DNA from: Desulfatiglandales bacterium
Lineage (GTDB): Bacteria > Desulfobacterota > DSM-4660 > Desulfatiglandales > HGW-15
NCBI GenBank assembly: GCA_963667015.2
Contig: CAXXJJ010000001.1
Location: 1,536,001-1,600,000, forward strand
Direction: 5' to 3'
DNA: 64,000 nt
A model generated the notes under the pieces. The model was not told the DNA's origin and searched no databases. It was given only the letters and a program-made list of their open reading frames with translations. The position numbers were made by a program, and so were the translations under genes. This document shows, one piece after another, positions 42,526-52,607 of this stretch. Each line of letters opens with the position of its first letter. Within the stretch, counting starts at the first letter, position 1.

Positions 42526-42662
42526 TAAGATTCCTTTCCATAAAAAATAAATCTGCAATAAAAATGATTTATAGAAGACAATTAAATCAGTCCTGATGGT
42601 AAATATACTGAATAGTGCTAAATATTATCCTATTGAATAAAACATGTCAAAGTATGATTATG

Positions 42663-43535
42663 TTAAGATGAATAAAACCGGGTAGTCGGGTATGCCAGAT
42701 CTATATTTTCTTCCATCTCAAATGCCTCCAGGATTGCCTCCCATATTTTCTGTTCACTTGATCGGCGCTGACGGGGGTTCACAAGATATCGTATGGTCAA
42801 CAGGACCCCGCTGTCTTTTACTGTCGTATATACGATAGGTGTGAGTGCGCCGTAAAAGATCATATACTTGTTTGCTGCACTGCGGATCTGCTCCTGGGCG
42901 CCGTCGGAAAGATGTTCTATGTCTTCACTCGTTACCTTTTTAAGTATTTCCTTTGCTCTTTTCCAGTCGCTTTCAAAGGTTACAAGCACAGGTATTTCAT
43001 GCCAGATATATTCAAAACCTATATGGTAGTTTGCCAGGTGTTCTCTGAGAATCTGACTGTTAGGTATATGGACGATCCTGCCGGTGCTCTGGTCCGCATC
43101 TACCCAGTTTCCTATTTCAATCAGACTGAACTGAAATATCCTGGTGTCTATTACATCCCCGGCAACGCCCCCTATCTCAACCCTGTCCCCGACCTTGAAC
43201 GGTTTTCGCCTGATTATAAAAAGCCAGCCCGCCAGGTTGGCAATAGTATCATGCATTGCAACTGCAACACCCGCACTGGCGAGGCCCAGAAAGGTTGTAA
43301 GGGAGGCAATGCCCCTCGTCCAGATCGGTCCGATCATCACTATCAGCAGTAATGTATATATGTATAAAACCGCACGGCGCCACCGGTATGCGACCTTTAC
43401 ATCCAGGTTGCGTCTCTTGATTATAAGATTGCATAAAAATTTACCGGCTGAAAGAACAAGAAAGATGACGACTGTAGAGATAAGGAGTTTAATTAATTCG
43501 GGAGACATACTAAGGTATTCATTAAAGAGCTGCAT
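42663..43535 (-). CDS. MscS-family mechanosensitive channel
   Basis: PFKVGDRVEI...GDV, IPNS, AYPT. Confidence 0.92.
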   Translation of the reverse strand: MQLFNEYLSMSPELIKLLISTVVIFLVLSAGKFLCNLIIKRRNLDVKVAYRWRRAVLYIYTLLLIVMIGPIWTRGIASLTTFLGLASAGVAVAMHDTIANLAGWLFIIRRKPFKVGDRVEIGGVAGDVIDTRIFQFSLIEIGNWVDADQSTGRIVHIPNSQILREHLANYHIGFEYIWHEIPVLVTFESDWKRAKEILKKVTSEDIEHLSDGAQEQIRSAANKYMIFYGALTPIVYTTVKDSGVLLTIRYLVNPRQRRSSEQKIWEAILEAFEMEENIDLAYPTTRFYSS

Positions 43536-43618
43536 TGCACTTTACCTGATTAAGTGTGTATGGACTCAAACCGATATTACCGGTTTGAGTTCTTTCTTAA
43601 AATACACGGAGACGGCGA

Positions 43619-45220
43619 CTACTCGGTTTTTGTATCTCCTCTGAGCTTTGCAAAATAGGCATCAAAGGCCATAATTTTATCAAGATCGGGATGCGTTTTT
43701 GCACCTGTATTGCCGTCAATATACATGACCCGGTTTTCCTTTTCATCAAATGCCGGCCACTGCGGCAGGCCTTCCCCGTTTGGGTCCCCGGTTTTTGCAA
43801 AGTTTATCCAGTAGGAACTTACAAGTGCATTCAATGCCCTGTCTTCTTCTGTAGCAGGTCTGCTGTTCATAGGGCCGGGTCCGCCCAGGTTTCCGAAAAC
43901 ATAGGGGATTTCAGAAGCATGGTTAGCTCCGCCCGGGATACCTGGCACCCGGTGGTCAAAATAATACACATAGGCCCTGTTGCTGCTGTTGCGGGTATGC
44001 ATAACTGCCCATGCCCAGGTCGGCCATGCAAAGGTAGATTCACGCATCAGGTCCTTGGCTGACTGGGTTGCTTCTTCTTCCGTAGAATGAGGGTAAACCC
44101 TGAGGATTTCGTCTGCAGCAAGGGCATACTGACTCTGGACCATTTTTATAAATCCTTCACTGTCCAGTTTCTGATTTACAAAGAGTCCTCCTTCATTTGA
44201 GTTTGATCCTACAAGGATAGGTGTATCATTAAATAAACCGTTTTTGAAAACCTCATACATGTTTTTGGGGATTGTTACTCCATCCGCTACAGGCCAGAAG
44301 TTTCCCATGCCCTTTGTATCCTTTTGAATCTCTTCAGCACTGAGAGCCCTTGCCTCTGCAATAGTATTTGCGCCAAGATTTTCCAGATATTTTTTGCCCA
44401 TTTCTTCAGCCTGTTCAAGTGTAGCCCTTGCAGGTCCCAAACCTCCGCCGCTTTCAGAGATGGCACGGTGAAACAGGCCCTTTGCCTTTGGAGATGCAGT
44501 GATCATGCAGACAGAAAAACCGCCTGCCGATTCACCGAATATTGTTACGTTTGACGGATCGCCGCCAAAATTTGCTATGTTTTCTTTTACCCACGCAAGC
44601 CCCGCGATCTGATCCTGGATTCCATAGGTCCCTGAACCATGGCCGCTTTCAGCACTGAGTTCCGGATGTGCCAGGAAACCCATTGGCCCAACCCTGTACG
44701 TGACGCTTACCAGGACTATGCCTTTTTTCGCCAGATTGGCTCCGTCATAGGCAGGACTGCTTGTCATGCCGATACCGAATCCCCCTCCATAGATCCATAC
44801 CATTACGGGTCTTTTTTCATCGGTTTTTTTAGCTCCTGTCCATACGTTAAGGTAAAGGCAGTCCTCGCTTACTTCCTGGGGGCCGCCAAGCGCTGCGCCA
44901 AATGAGGTGTCCTGCATGGGCCCGGGGGCAAATTTGTCTGTCTTTATTACTCCTTCCCAGGGAACAACAGGCTGAGGGGACCTCCAGCGCAGGTCTCCAA
45001 CAGGAGGGGCCGCAAAAGGAATTCCCTTATATGTGAAAACACCATCCTCATTAATACCCTCGATTGTTCCTCCGGTTACAGCAACTGTTGTTGAAAGCGC
45101 CGGAGCTTCTTTTACCGCCTTTACCTCGGTTGTTTCTGTCTGAGGGGGTTTTTCGCAGGCAAAGGTAAAAAAGGTCAGTAACAGGAATATCAGAAAACGG
45201 CCGGAATATTTATTAAGCAT
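43619..45220 (-). CDS. type-B carboxylesterase, lipoprotein
   Basis: Lipobox FTFAC; GIPFAAPPVGDLRW, SEDCLYLNVW, GESAG, HASEI. Confidence 0.92.
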   Translation of the reverse strand: MLNKYSGRFLIFLLLTFFTFACEKPPQTETTEVKAVKEAPALSTTVAVTGGTIEGINEDGVFTYKGIPFAAPPVGDLRWRSPQPVVPWEGVIKTDKFAPGPMQDTSFGAALGGPQEVSEDCLYLNVWTGAKKTDEKRPVMVWIYGGGFGIGMTSSPAYDGANLAKKGIVLVSVTYRVGPMGFLAHPELSAESGHGSGTYGIQDQIAGLAWVKENIANFGGDPSNVTIFGESAGGFSVCMITASPKAKGLFHRAISESGGGLGPARATLEQAEEMGKKYLENLGANTIAEARALSAEEIQKDTKGMGNFWPVADGVTIPKNMYEVFKNGLFNDTPILVGSNSNEGGLFVNQKLDSEGFIKMVQSQYALAADEILRVYPHSTEEEATQSAKDLMRESTFAWPTWAWAVMHTRNSSNRAYVYYFDHRVPGIPGGANHASEIPYVFGNLGGPGPMNSRPATEEDRALNALVSSYWINFAKTGDPNGEGLPQWPAFDEKENRVMYIDGNTGAKTHPDLDKIMAFDAYFAKLRGDTKTE

Positions 45221-45404
45221 TGTACCTCCTTATTTTAGGTGTATGTCTAACATGAAAAAAAATTGGTATGGGCCTTCTCCCTTAGGCTATAAAGGATTGA
45301 ACAGTTTTGTACTATATTAAATCGGGGAAGGGGAATCAAGAAATAACATGTTTCTATGTGAGAAGTCGCAGGATTAAGCCTGTTCCCCTCTCTATGCAGA
45401 TGTT

Positions 45405-46028
45405 TTAATTTGCTTTTCCATTCTCATCGAATTCTATTTTATTACCCTTTGCATAAATCTCTCCATTTATCTCATAATTCTCAGCCAGTTTACAGCTTTT
45501 AATATGGCCATTTTCATACAGACCTACATATACGAAGACAGTAGCCTCACATGGGACTCCATCTACTGTTACGTCTTCAGGCGGATAAAAGCTCCTCAGT
45601 CTGCCGCTTTTATAAAACCCTGTATGGGTTCCCTTATACCCTCCGCTCCCTCCGCACAAATAGCCCTGGATCTCATAATCAAATGGAAGAGAACAGATAT
45701 AGCCGGCTTGCGTCTCATGATGGGGCAGTTGAATCCAGGTATGGGCAGGAAGAAGGGTATTGTTGTATGTAAAATCTTTACTTAACTGAAAAGATTTAAG
45801 CTGCCAGTTCTGTTTAAAATGTATCCAGCCTTTTTCGCATGGGAAACCCTGGATTTCATGATTTTCTAACATATAGCCTATTATGGTACCGCTCTCCGAC
45901 TGATTTATTTTTTTGAAGTGAATCCCTTTTTTTACAACATCATATTCCCAGTTTTTGCAGCCTGATAAACAGGAGCTGATCGCTATAATCAGGCTTAAAG
46001 CGCAAAAATTTATAATACCGCTTTTCAT
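45405..46028 (-). CDS. hypothetical lipoprotein with short beta repeats
   Basis: Lipobox LSGC; repeated IQG.PC / G.L.SF.L units. Confidence 0.7.
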   Translation of the reverse strand: MKSGIINFCALSLIIAISSCLSGCKNWEYDVVKKGIHFKKINQSESGTIIGYMLENHEIQGFPCEKGWIHFKQNWQLKSFQLSKDFTYNNTLLPAHTWIQLPHHETQAGYICSLPFDYEIQGYLCGGSGGYKGTHTGFYKSGRLRSFYPPEDVTVDGVPCEATVFVYVGLYENGHIKSCKLAENYEINGEIYAKGNKIEFDENGKAN

Positions 46029-46116
46029 GTTTCACTCCTTGTCGTATTTAAGGTTATTAACGAATCCGCTTTATTGACTGGTCATTATTTTTTATTGTTT
46101 ATATCCCGTATTTATA

Positions 46117-46161
46117 AGCAAGGACTGTGCCTGAATGACAGTTGTTTTAAACATGTTGATT
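46117..46161 (-). promoter_or_regulatory. sigma54 promoter with IHF-like site
   Basis: AGGCAC-AGTCC-TTGCT (46132-46117); AATCAACATGTTT (46161-46149). Confidence 0.55.
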
Positions 46162-46372
46162 TAACAGCATATATTCAGTAATGTGCAGATGTATAAGCGT
46201 AAATGATAAATAGAAAAACGCATTGGATGTACAGGCCTTATACATGATTTGCATAGATTCAAATGTTTTGGCTTAAAAAAGATTATATTAAGATAGCTGA
46301 TATTATTCTCCCATATCAATCAATATATAGACAGTGAAAATATTTAGACAACTTAAACCGGAGAGGTCAAAT

Positions 46373-48184
46373 ATGAGTTCAGTACATTTTTTTACAGGGT
46401 GGCGTCTGGGTGCTGTTGCTGCCGGAATAGTAATTCTACTGTCATTCTGGGGATGCGAAAAGTCAGAAGAAACAGCAGATGCAGGTATTAAGGATGGGGT
46501 TAAGCTAACAGTCCTCAATCCAAGAGGTCAGCCGTCAGGGATATTCGGCAGGGTGGGTGAAGCCGGTGCGGGCATGCTTGCCAATCGCAATCCGGATACT
46601 CAGCCCAAACTCTCCCGTGATGAACTTATCCCGCTTCGGATGGCTCCCAGGCTGGACAGTCTGGAAAACAAGACTATTTACCTGGTAGATACCGGCTTTG
46701 CCGGCGGCAAAGAGTTTCTCGAAGAAATGCAGAACTGGTTCAAAGATAATATGCCTTCCGTCAAAACGGTTGTGCACATTAAAAGCGGTAATGCCTTTGT
46801 AGACAGTCCCGAACTCTGGCCTGAATTAAAGAAAAAGGCAGATGGTGTTGTATTCGGCGTTGGGGGGTGAGACGGCTGTTCGGCGAGTATCGCCGAGTTC
46901 AGCAGGATAATGGAAGGTGAGTTCGGAGTACCTACTGCACCAATAGTCACATCCCGTTTTGCAGAATATGTTGTAAGGGATGGCAACTCACACGGAATGA
47001 ACCTCAGGTGGACCTTTCCTCCCTACCCGGTTGCATGGGTATCTAAAGAGAAACTGGTTGAATATATAAACGGAGATGATCCTGTGACCGGTAAAAAGTT
47101 AATGACCGAAGTAATTGATGCATTGACCATGCCTTTGACCGATGAAGAGAAAAATCCTGAAATTAAAAAAAGGGAAAAACTCCCCCGCCTCCTTGAACCG
47201 GATACAGAAGAAAACCTCAATCGGATGTTTATTGAGAAGGGATGGACAGACGGACTGCCCATTGTGCTTCCTACAGAAGAAAGGGTAGCTGAAATGCTAA
47301 CCGGAACCGGCCATGACCCGCAGGAGAAGGTTGGAATGATGTCGGTTACCACCCATGAGGAACTGAATGAATATACTGTTGAGAAGGTGGCAGCAATAGC
47401 CGTAATGGCGGGTGCCAGACCGGAGCACCTTCCTGTAATCCTGGCAATAGCCTCAACCCAGCATCCGTCCATCCCGAGTTCTACGGGGTCATACGGGAGT
47501 ATGGTGGTGGTTAACGGTCCGGTAGCCAGGATAATCGGTATGAACAGCGGTGTCGGCGCCCTTGGTCCTTTCAATTATGCCAATTCTGTAATCGGAAGGG
47601 CATGGACCTTGATGAGTATCAATTTTGGTGATGCACGGCCGGGTGATACGTATATGGCTACTATTGGCAATGGCCTGAGTTTTACAAATCAGTGCTGTGC
47701 AGAAAATGAGGAAAAGAGCCCCTGGGATGCCTTTCATGTGCGCAAGGGTTTCAAGCTCTCGGACAGCGCGGTAAGCGTTTTTCGGGGATGGAACGTATCT
47801 ACGCTCGGGATGGGTGGAGCTGATGCTATCCTGGAGAGGATTCAGTCATCCGGAATGATGGGCAGCTGCACCTTTGTGGTGGATCCCCTGGCGGCAAAAT
47901 CCCTGAAGGATGAAGGCTGGGATGATCCGTTCAAGCTGAGTGAGTATCTTGCAGGAAAATTAGGGAACTCCTTCTTCAAGCCAAAGCCAGAGGGCATCAA
48001 TTTTGTCGTTGTGGGAGGTGAAACCAATCCCATCTGGCAGTCTACTGATTATACCTGTTACAAAACAGTTTCAGTTGATAATTGGGTACCGGAAGACGGA
48101 ATAAAGCTGGATAAAAAACCTATACGCATGCCGGTAAGCAAACAGTGTGAAGACGAGTTATGCCTGATTGGCAGGAAAGAATGA
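46373..48184 (+). CDS. UGSC-family selenoprotein (UxxC) with lipoprotein signal, fused to a DGLP-motif domain; in-frame UGA read as Sec
   Basis: ORFs 46334-46870 and 46910-48184 are in frame across TGA 46868-46870, giving GVGG-U-DGC-S. SECIS-like hairpin follows. Lipobox FWGC; GWTDGLPIVLPTEERV. Confidence 0.85.
46875..46903 (+). promoter_or_regulatory. putative bacterial SECIS element
   Basis: TCGGCGA-GTA-TCGCCGA (46880-46896) with a G-containing loop about 17 nt after the UGA, extended by GCTG/CAGC. Confidence 0.65.
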
Positions 48185-48224
48185 TCTTTTCCCGGGCAAT
48201 CGGGGGAAAGGGGATATTGTCTTC

Positions 48225-48440
48225 CTATTGCCTGGGTTTTAAATAGTTGCCTGTCAGTTCCTTTAATATGGATAGTACGTTGCTCCCTCTCTCCCGGGCA
48301 ATGTGGTGGGCTTCATCCACAATACTACTGGCCTGCTTTTTAAGTTCCGATTCAGGGGGCAGTGGAATATTTGATTTCTGATATTTCCACGTCAAAAACT
48401 GTATGGTCATTCTTTCTTCCTGGCGTCTTATAAATCCCAT
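48225..48440 (-). CDS. small hypothetical protein
   Basis: MGFIRRQEE...IVDEAHHIARERGSNV; start uncertain (alternative 48491). Confidence 0.6.
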   Translation of the reverse strand: MGFIRRQEERMTIQFLTWKYQKSNIPLPPESELKKQASSIVDEAHHIARERGSNVLSILKELTGNYLKPRQ

Positions 48441-48515
48441 AGATTGATTATTCCTGAAATTGTTTAATGTTAAGTTTGCTAAGTCACTCAATCAACGATA
48501 TCTTCTCATTTATTG

Positions 48516-49787
48516 TTATCTGAATATTTGTATGGGCTGCTTTTTTCCTGTTTTTTCATCTCTCATTGCCTTTGCAAGCTCTTTTATCTCTGTAAGATCC
48601 TTTTTAAGCTTTCCATAACCATACCATGTGGAATAATCATAGTTAAGGTGGAAGGCTCCCTGAAAGGTCTTCATCCGGTGATCCATAAACATTTCATATA
48701 GAATCTGCTCCACCTTTGTATCTACATCATAAAATGCCAGGAGGTCAGGGTAGCTTGCATTTCCCTCTTTCTTTTCTATTATATGATCCTGATACAAGCC
48801 GGCTACTATCTCAATGGCCTCTGCAAACAGTTTATCCGCCTCTTTAATCATCATGTCTGCGTTATTGAAATTTTGGGCTACAAAATTTGGAGAATGGCAC
48901 TGTTTGCATACATCTGTAAAACGTTTTCTTTCTGCATCAAAATCTTCTCTGGTCAGGCGGGCGACCTTTCCGGCCTTGACAACATCAAGGCGTGGTGTTG
49001 GATTGCCGTCAGGGTCGAGTACACCCAGTCCCTTTAAGATAGTGGCCCTGTATCCCATCCATTCACTGTCTTCTTCGGGCAGGCGAACTCCCAGGAAGCC
49101 CCATGCTGAAAAGACCCGATGATTTCCGTCAGGCATATGGCATGTCTGGCATTTAGGCGCCCGGTCTTTATTTTCAGGATCGGTTACACGGTTTATCATG
49201 TAGGTAACACCGTGTTTGGCTCCGGAATACATCTCCCACTGTGCATGATCAAAACCCATATGGCATGTCATACATGCCTCAGGTTCCGAGGCCTCTTTTT
49301 TGGAAAAGGAGTGGCGTGTATGGCAATTCTGGCAATCCATTCCGTATCGATAATATTTGCGTCCCTCATCAAGTCTTGCATTCTGATCTGTAACTCCCAG
49401 TGTATGGCAGCCGCCGCATCCTTTTTGCCCTTCAACAAAGGCTTTGGGCTGCATATGGGTGTAGGGCATGGCATTCATGGCAACCGCCCCGAGGGCATGT
49501 TTTCCCGAGAGGTATTGAGATGCCTGATCTGAATGACATTCTTCACAGGTTGCAATAGTGGGAAGCTGTGCCTTTACTATATCATCCATACCTTGATGCA
49601 TATTGCCATGGCAGTCGATACAGCTCATACTTTCGGACATAACACCCCTGTTAAAATCCTTAACCTGCATGGGCGTGATTTTACTGTGACATTTTTCACA
49701 GTCCGAAGTCACGGCCGAAACAGAGGTATAGTTTAAAACACCAATGAGAACTGCAAATAAAACAGGAAGATATTTTTTTAAGGTCAT
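48516..49787 (-). CDS. octaheme cytochrome c, hydroxylamine oxidoreductase-like
   Basis: Signal peptide; 8 CxxCH motifs; CHTRHSFS, CHMGFDH.Q.E, GAFH.N.DY. Confidence 0.9.
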   Translation of the reverse strand: MTLKKYLPVLFAVLIGVLNYTSVSAVTSDCEKCHSKITPMQVKDFNRGVMSESMSCIDCHGNMHQGMDDIVKAQLPTIATCEECHSDQASQYLSGKHALGAVAMNAMPYTHMQPKAFVEGQKGCGGCHTLGVTDQNARLDEGRKYYRYGMDCQNCHTRHSFSKKEASEPEACMTCHMGFDHAQWEMYSGAKHGVTYMINRVTDPENKDRAPKCQTCHMPDGNHRVFSAWGFLGVRLPEEDSEWMGYRATILKGLGVLDPDGNPTPRLDVVKAGKVARLTREDFDAERKRFTDVCKQCHSPNFVAQNFNNADMMIKEADKLFAEAIEIVAGLYQDHIIEKKEGNASYPDLLAFYDVDTKVEQILYEMFMDHRMKTFQGAFHLNYDYSTWYGYGKLKKDLTEIKELAKAMRDEKTGKKQPIQIFR

Positions 49788-49859
49788 TTTAAATCCTCAT
49801 ATAAAAGGGGGTTCCTGAAGTTATTGACTCTTTGAGTTGCATAAAAAAAGAATTATTGA

Positions 49860-49905
49860 ATTTTAAACCATAAACCGGGGCATGTCAAAATAAGTTATTT
49901 TAACA
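49860..49905 (-). promoter_or_regulatory. sigma70 promoter with a 23-bp palindromic operator overlapping -35
   Basis: TTGACA (49888-49883), 17 nt, TAAAAT (49865-49860); TGTCAAAATAA-G-TTATTTTAACA (49883-49905). Confidence 0.6.
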
Positions 49906-50050
49906 ACCGCCTGTAGGAACATTTTTTACTCACATTGGTAAGGACTTTTCGATTGTTTTGGACAGTAACAGCATTGCATATTATAATAGGATCGTTTTAA
50001 TTGCCCATTATAAGGATTAAGATGTCTAAACCCGGATCCTGGATGGAGGA

Positions 50051-52555
50051 ATGGTGGAGTCGACTAATCTTTCGATATATATTTCATATACAGTAATATT
50101 CTTCATCGTAGCTCTTGCTTCCAGACAAATCGGGAAATATTTTTCGGAAATAAAACTGCCTCTTATTACAGGTTTTCTGTTTGTCGGTATCCTGGCAGGA
50201 CCTTTTATCTTAAATATGGTTCCCGCAGTAGCTGTAAGTGAATTAAAATTTATAGATGAAATATCACTGGCATTTATTGCCTTTTCTGCAGGAAGCGAAC
50301 TGGTAGTACGTCAGATAAAAAGCAGACTTAAAGCAATTCGTTATGTCACAATAGGATTGGTGACCAGTACCTTTTGTGTGAGCAGTTTCGGTTTTTATGT
50401 TCTATCTGAAATAATCCCGGTAATAAATAGTATGTCTGCCGCTCATCGTGCAGCGGCTTCGCTTCTGGTAGGGGCAATTATGACAGCCAGATCCCCGTCC
50501 TCAGCTATTGCGATTGTGAACGAGTTGAGAGCAAAGGGCCCTTTTACTAAAACAGCGCTGGGTGTAACGATGATTATGGATGTTGTAGTTATCATTTTAT
50601 TCAGCATTTCAGGCTCCATTACTGAAACGGTTCTGGAAAATGTCGGGTTTGATTCAATCTTTCTGCTTATTATGCTGGCGGAACTTTCTCTAACGTTATT
50701 GTCAGGATATCTTGTAAGCCAGGTTCTGAGGCTGATACTGTCTCTGCATTGCGGCAGGTGGTGGAAAACCATCCTGGTAATGGCAACCGGTTTTGGAATG
50801 TTTGCTGTCGCAAATCCAATCTGGGCACTGACCGAAAAATATATGTCCCATGGAATACTTATTGAGCCGCTTTTAAGCTGCATGATTGCTGGTTTTTTTA
50901 CCGCAAATTACACTGTTTATCGTACTGAATTGTTAAAGGTGCTTCATGATATAGGCCCATTTGTTTATACTGCCTTTTTTACACTGACCGGCCTTTCCGT
51001 TCGCCTGGATGTCCTGGCCCAGTGCTGGCAAATAGCCCTGGCACTTTTTGCATTTCGACTGGCAGGCAACTTTATCGGCGCATTCGGTGGAAGTTTTTTT
51101 GCCGGAGAACCATTCAAAGAGAGTCGGATTGCCTGGATGTGTTATATAACCCAGGCAGGAGTAGGACTCGGCCTTGCCAAGCAGGTATCAAACCAATTCC
51201 CGGGGTGGGGAGAGGTTCTGGCAACTCTTGTCATAGCGGTCATAGTTCTGAATCAGATTGCAGGTCCTCCATTTTTCAAATGGGCACTTTATCTGGCCAG
51301 GGAGATAAAACCAAAGACAGAAACTTCTTTTTCCGGGGGAGTTCGTGACGCGATAATTTTTGGTCTGGAAGGAGAGTCCCTTGCCCTTGCACGTTTGCTT
51401 CAATCGAACAACTGGGAGGTTAAAATTGCGACCAACCAGGTTGAGTATGTGCGGTCAGCCGCATCATCGACTGATATTGAGATACATCCTGTTTCTGATT
51501 TGAAGTTAGGCACTCTTAACAGGCTGGGGATAGGTCAGGTCGACTCTATTGTGGCCATGCTGTCTGATGAGGAAAATTACAGAATCTGCGAGCTGGTCCA
51601 TAATAATTTTGGAATCAGAAATTTCATAGTAAGGTTGAATCAACATGCTTATTACAAACGCTTCCACCAGTTGGGAGCGATTGTTGTCGAACCCCGTACG
51701 GCAATAGTGAACCTGCTTGATCAGTTTGTGAGATCACCGTCAGCAGCCCGGCTGCTCCTGGGAATGGAGAAGGGCAGGGAAATTTTTGAATTTGAGCTCC
51801 ATAATTCTGATTTGCATGGTATTGCTATTCGCGATCTTCATCTTCCTCTTGATCTGCATATCCTGTCCATACGCAGGAATGGCCAGATGATAGTATCATT
51901 TGGATTTACACAGCTTGAGGTAGGTGACTGGCTTACTGTAGTCGGTTCGCGGACAAGCCTTGAAAAGATGAAACTTCAATTTGGAGAGAGCAGGGAGGAT
52001 GCCCTGGTAAACATGGTTGACTTTACTGCTGATAAGTCTCTCAACTCTCCAAAGCTCGACAGGGAAGTAAAGGAGATAATAAAAGACAGAGATATGGGGC
52101 AGCGTGCACGTTTTGATAAGCTTATTGATGAGTGTGCAGTACTGGACCTGCCTTCAGCCACTACCTATGAGCTGTTCTTTGATCAGGCTGCGGATATCCT
52201 GTCTTCTGCACTTACAGTCCCTAAGGATGATATTTGTAGATTACTTATTGAAAGGGAAAAGGAAAGCAGTACTGCATTCAGGCCTGATCTTGCCATCCCA
52301 CATATAATCATCGAAGGAGAGGACAGGTTTCACCTTCTGCTGGTACGCTGCAAGGAGGGGATATATTATTCGGAGCTTGCCCCTAGGGTTCAGGCCGTTT
52401 TTCTGCTGGCAGGTACGAGCGATCAGCGTGACTTCCATCTCTACACCCTTGCATCCATAGCAGAGGTGGTGCAGCAGACCTTCTTTAATGAAAGATGGCT
52501 AAAGGCAAATAATGAAAACACCCTGCGCAATATTGCAAAGATTAAAAAGGGATGA
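50051..52555 (+). CDS. cation:proton antiporter with RCK_N, RCK_C and PTS EIIA domains
   Basis: Multi-TM N-terminus (AFSAGSEL, QAGVGLGLA); TrkA-like domains; ERE..SST....AIPH. Confidence 0.88.
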   Translation: MVESTNLSIYISYTVIFFIVALASRQIGKYFSEIKLPLITGFLFVGILAGPFILNMVPAVAVSELKFIDEISLAFIAFSAGSELVVRQIKSRLKAIRYVTIGLVTSTFCVSSFGFYVLSEIIPVINSMSAAHRAAASLLVGAIMTARSPSSAIAIVNELRAKGPFTKTALGVTMIMDVVVIILFSISGSITETVLENVGFDSIFLLIMLAELSLTLLSGYLVSQVLRLILSLHCGRWWKTILVMATGFGMFAVANPIWALTEKYMSHGILIEPLLSCMIAGFFTANYTVYRTELLKVLHDIGPFVYTAFFTLTGLSVRLDVLAQCWQIALALFAFRLAGNFIGAFGGSFFAGEPFKESRIAWMCYITQAGVGLGLAKQVSNQFPGWGEVLATLVIAVIVLNQIAGPPFFKWALYLAREIKPKTETSFSGGVRDAIIFGLEGESLALARLLQSNNWEVKIATNQVEYVRSAASSTDIEIHPVSDLKLGTLNRLGIGQVDSIVAMLSDEENYRICELVHNNFGIRNFIVRLNQHAYYKRFHQLGAIVVEPRTAIVNLLDQFVRSPSAARLLLGMEKGREIFEFELHNSDLHGIAIRDLHLPLDLHILSIRRNGQMIVSFGFTQLEVGDWLTVVGSRTSLEKMKLQFGESREDALVNMVDFTADKSLNSPKLDREVKEIIKDRDMGQRARFDKLIDECAVLDLPSATTYELFFDQAADILSSALTVPKDDICRLLIEREKESSTAFRPDLAIPHIIIEGEDRFHLLLVRCKEGIYYSELAPRVQAVFLLAGTSDQRDFHLYTLASIAEVVQQTFFNERWLKANNENTLRNIAKIKKG

Positions 52556-52607
52556 AAGTAAAAAACTTCTGCATACTCTAGCGAAGCGGGCGAGAGATAA
52601 AGCAGTT

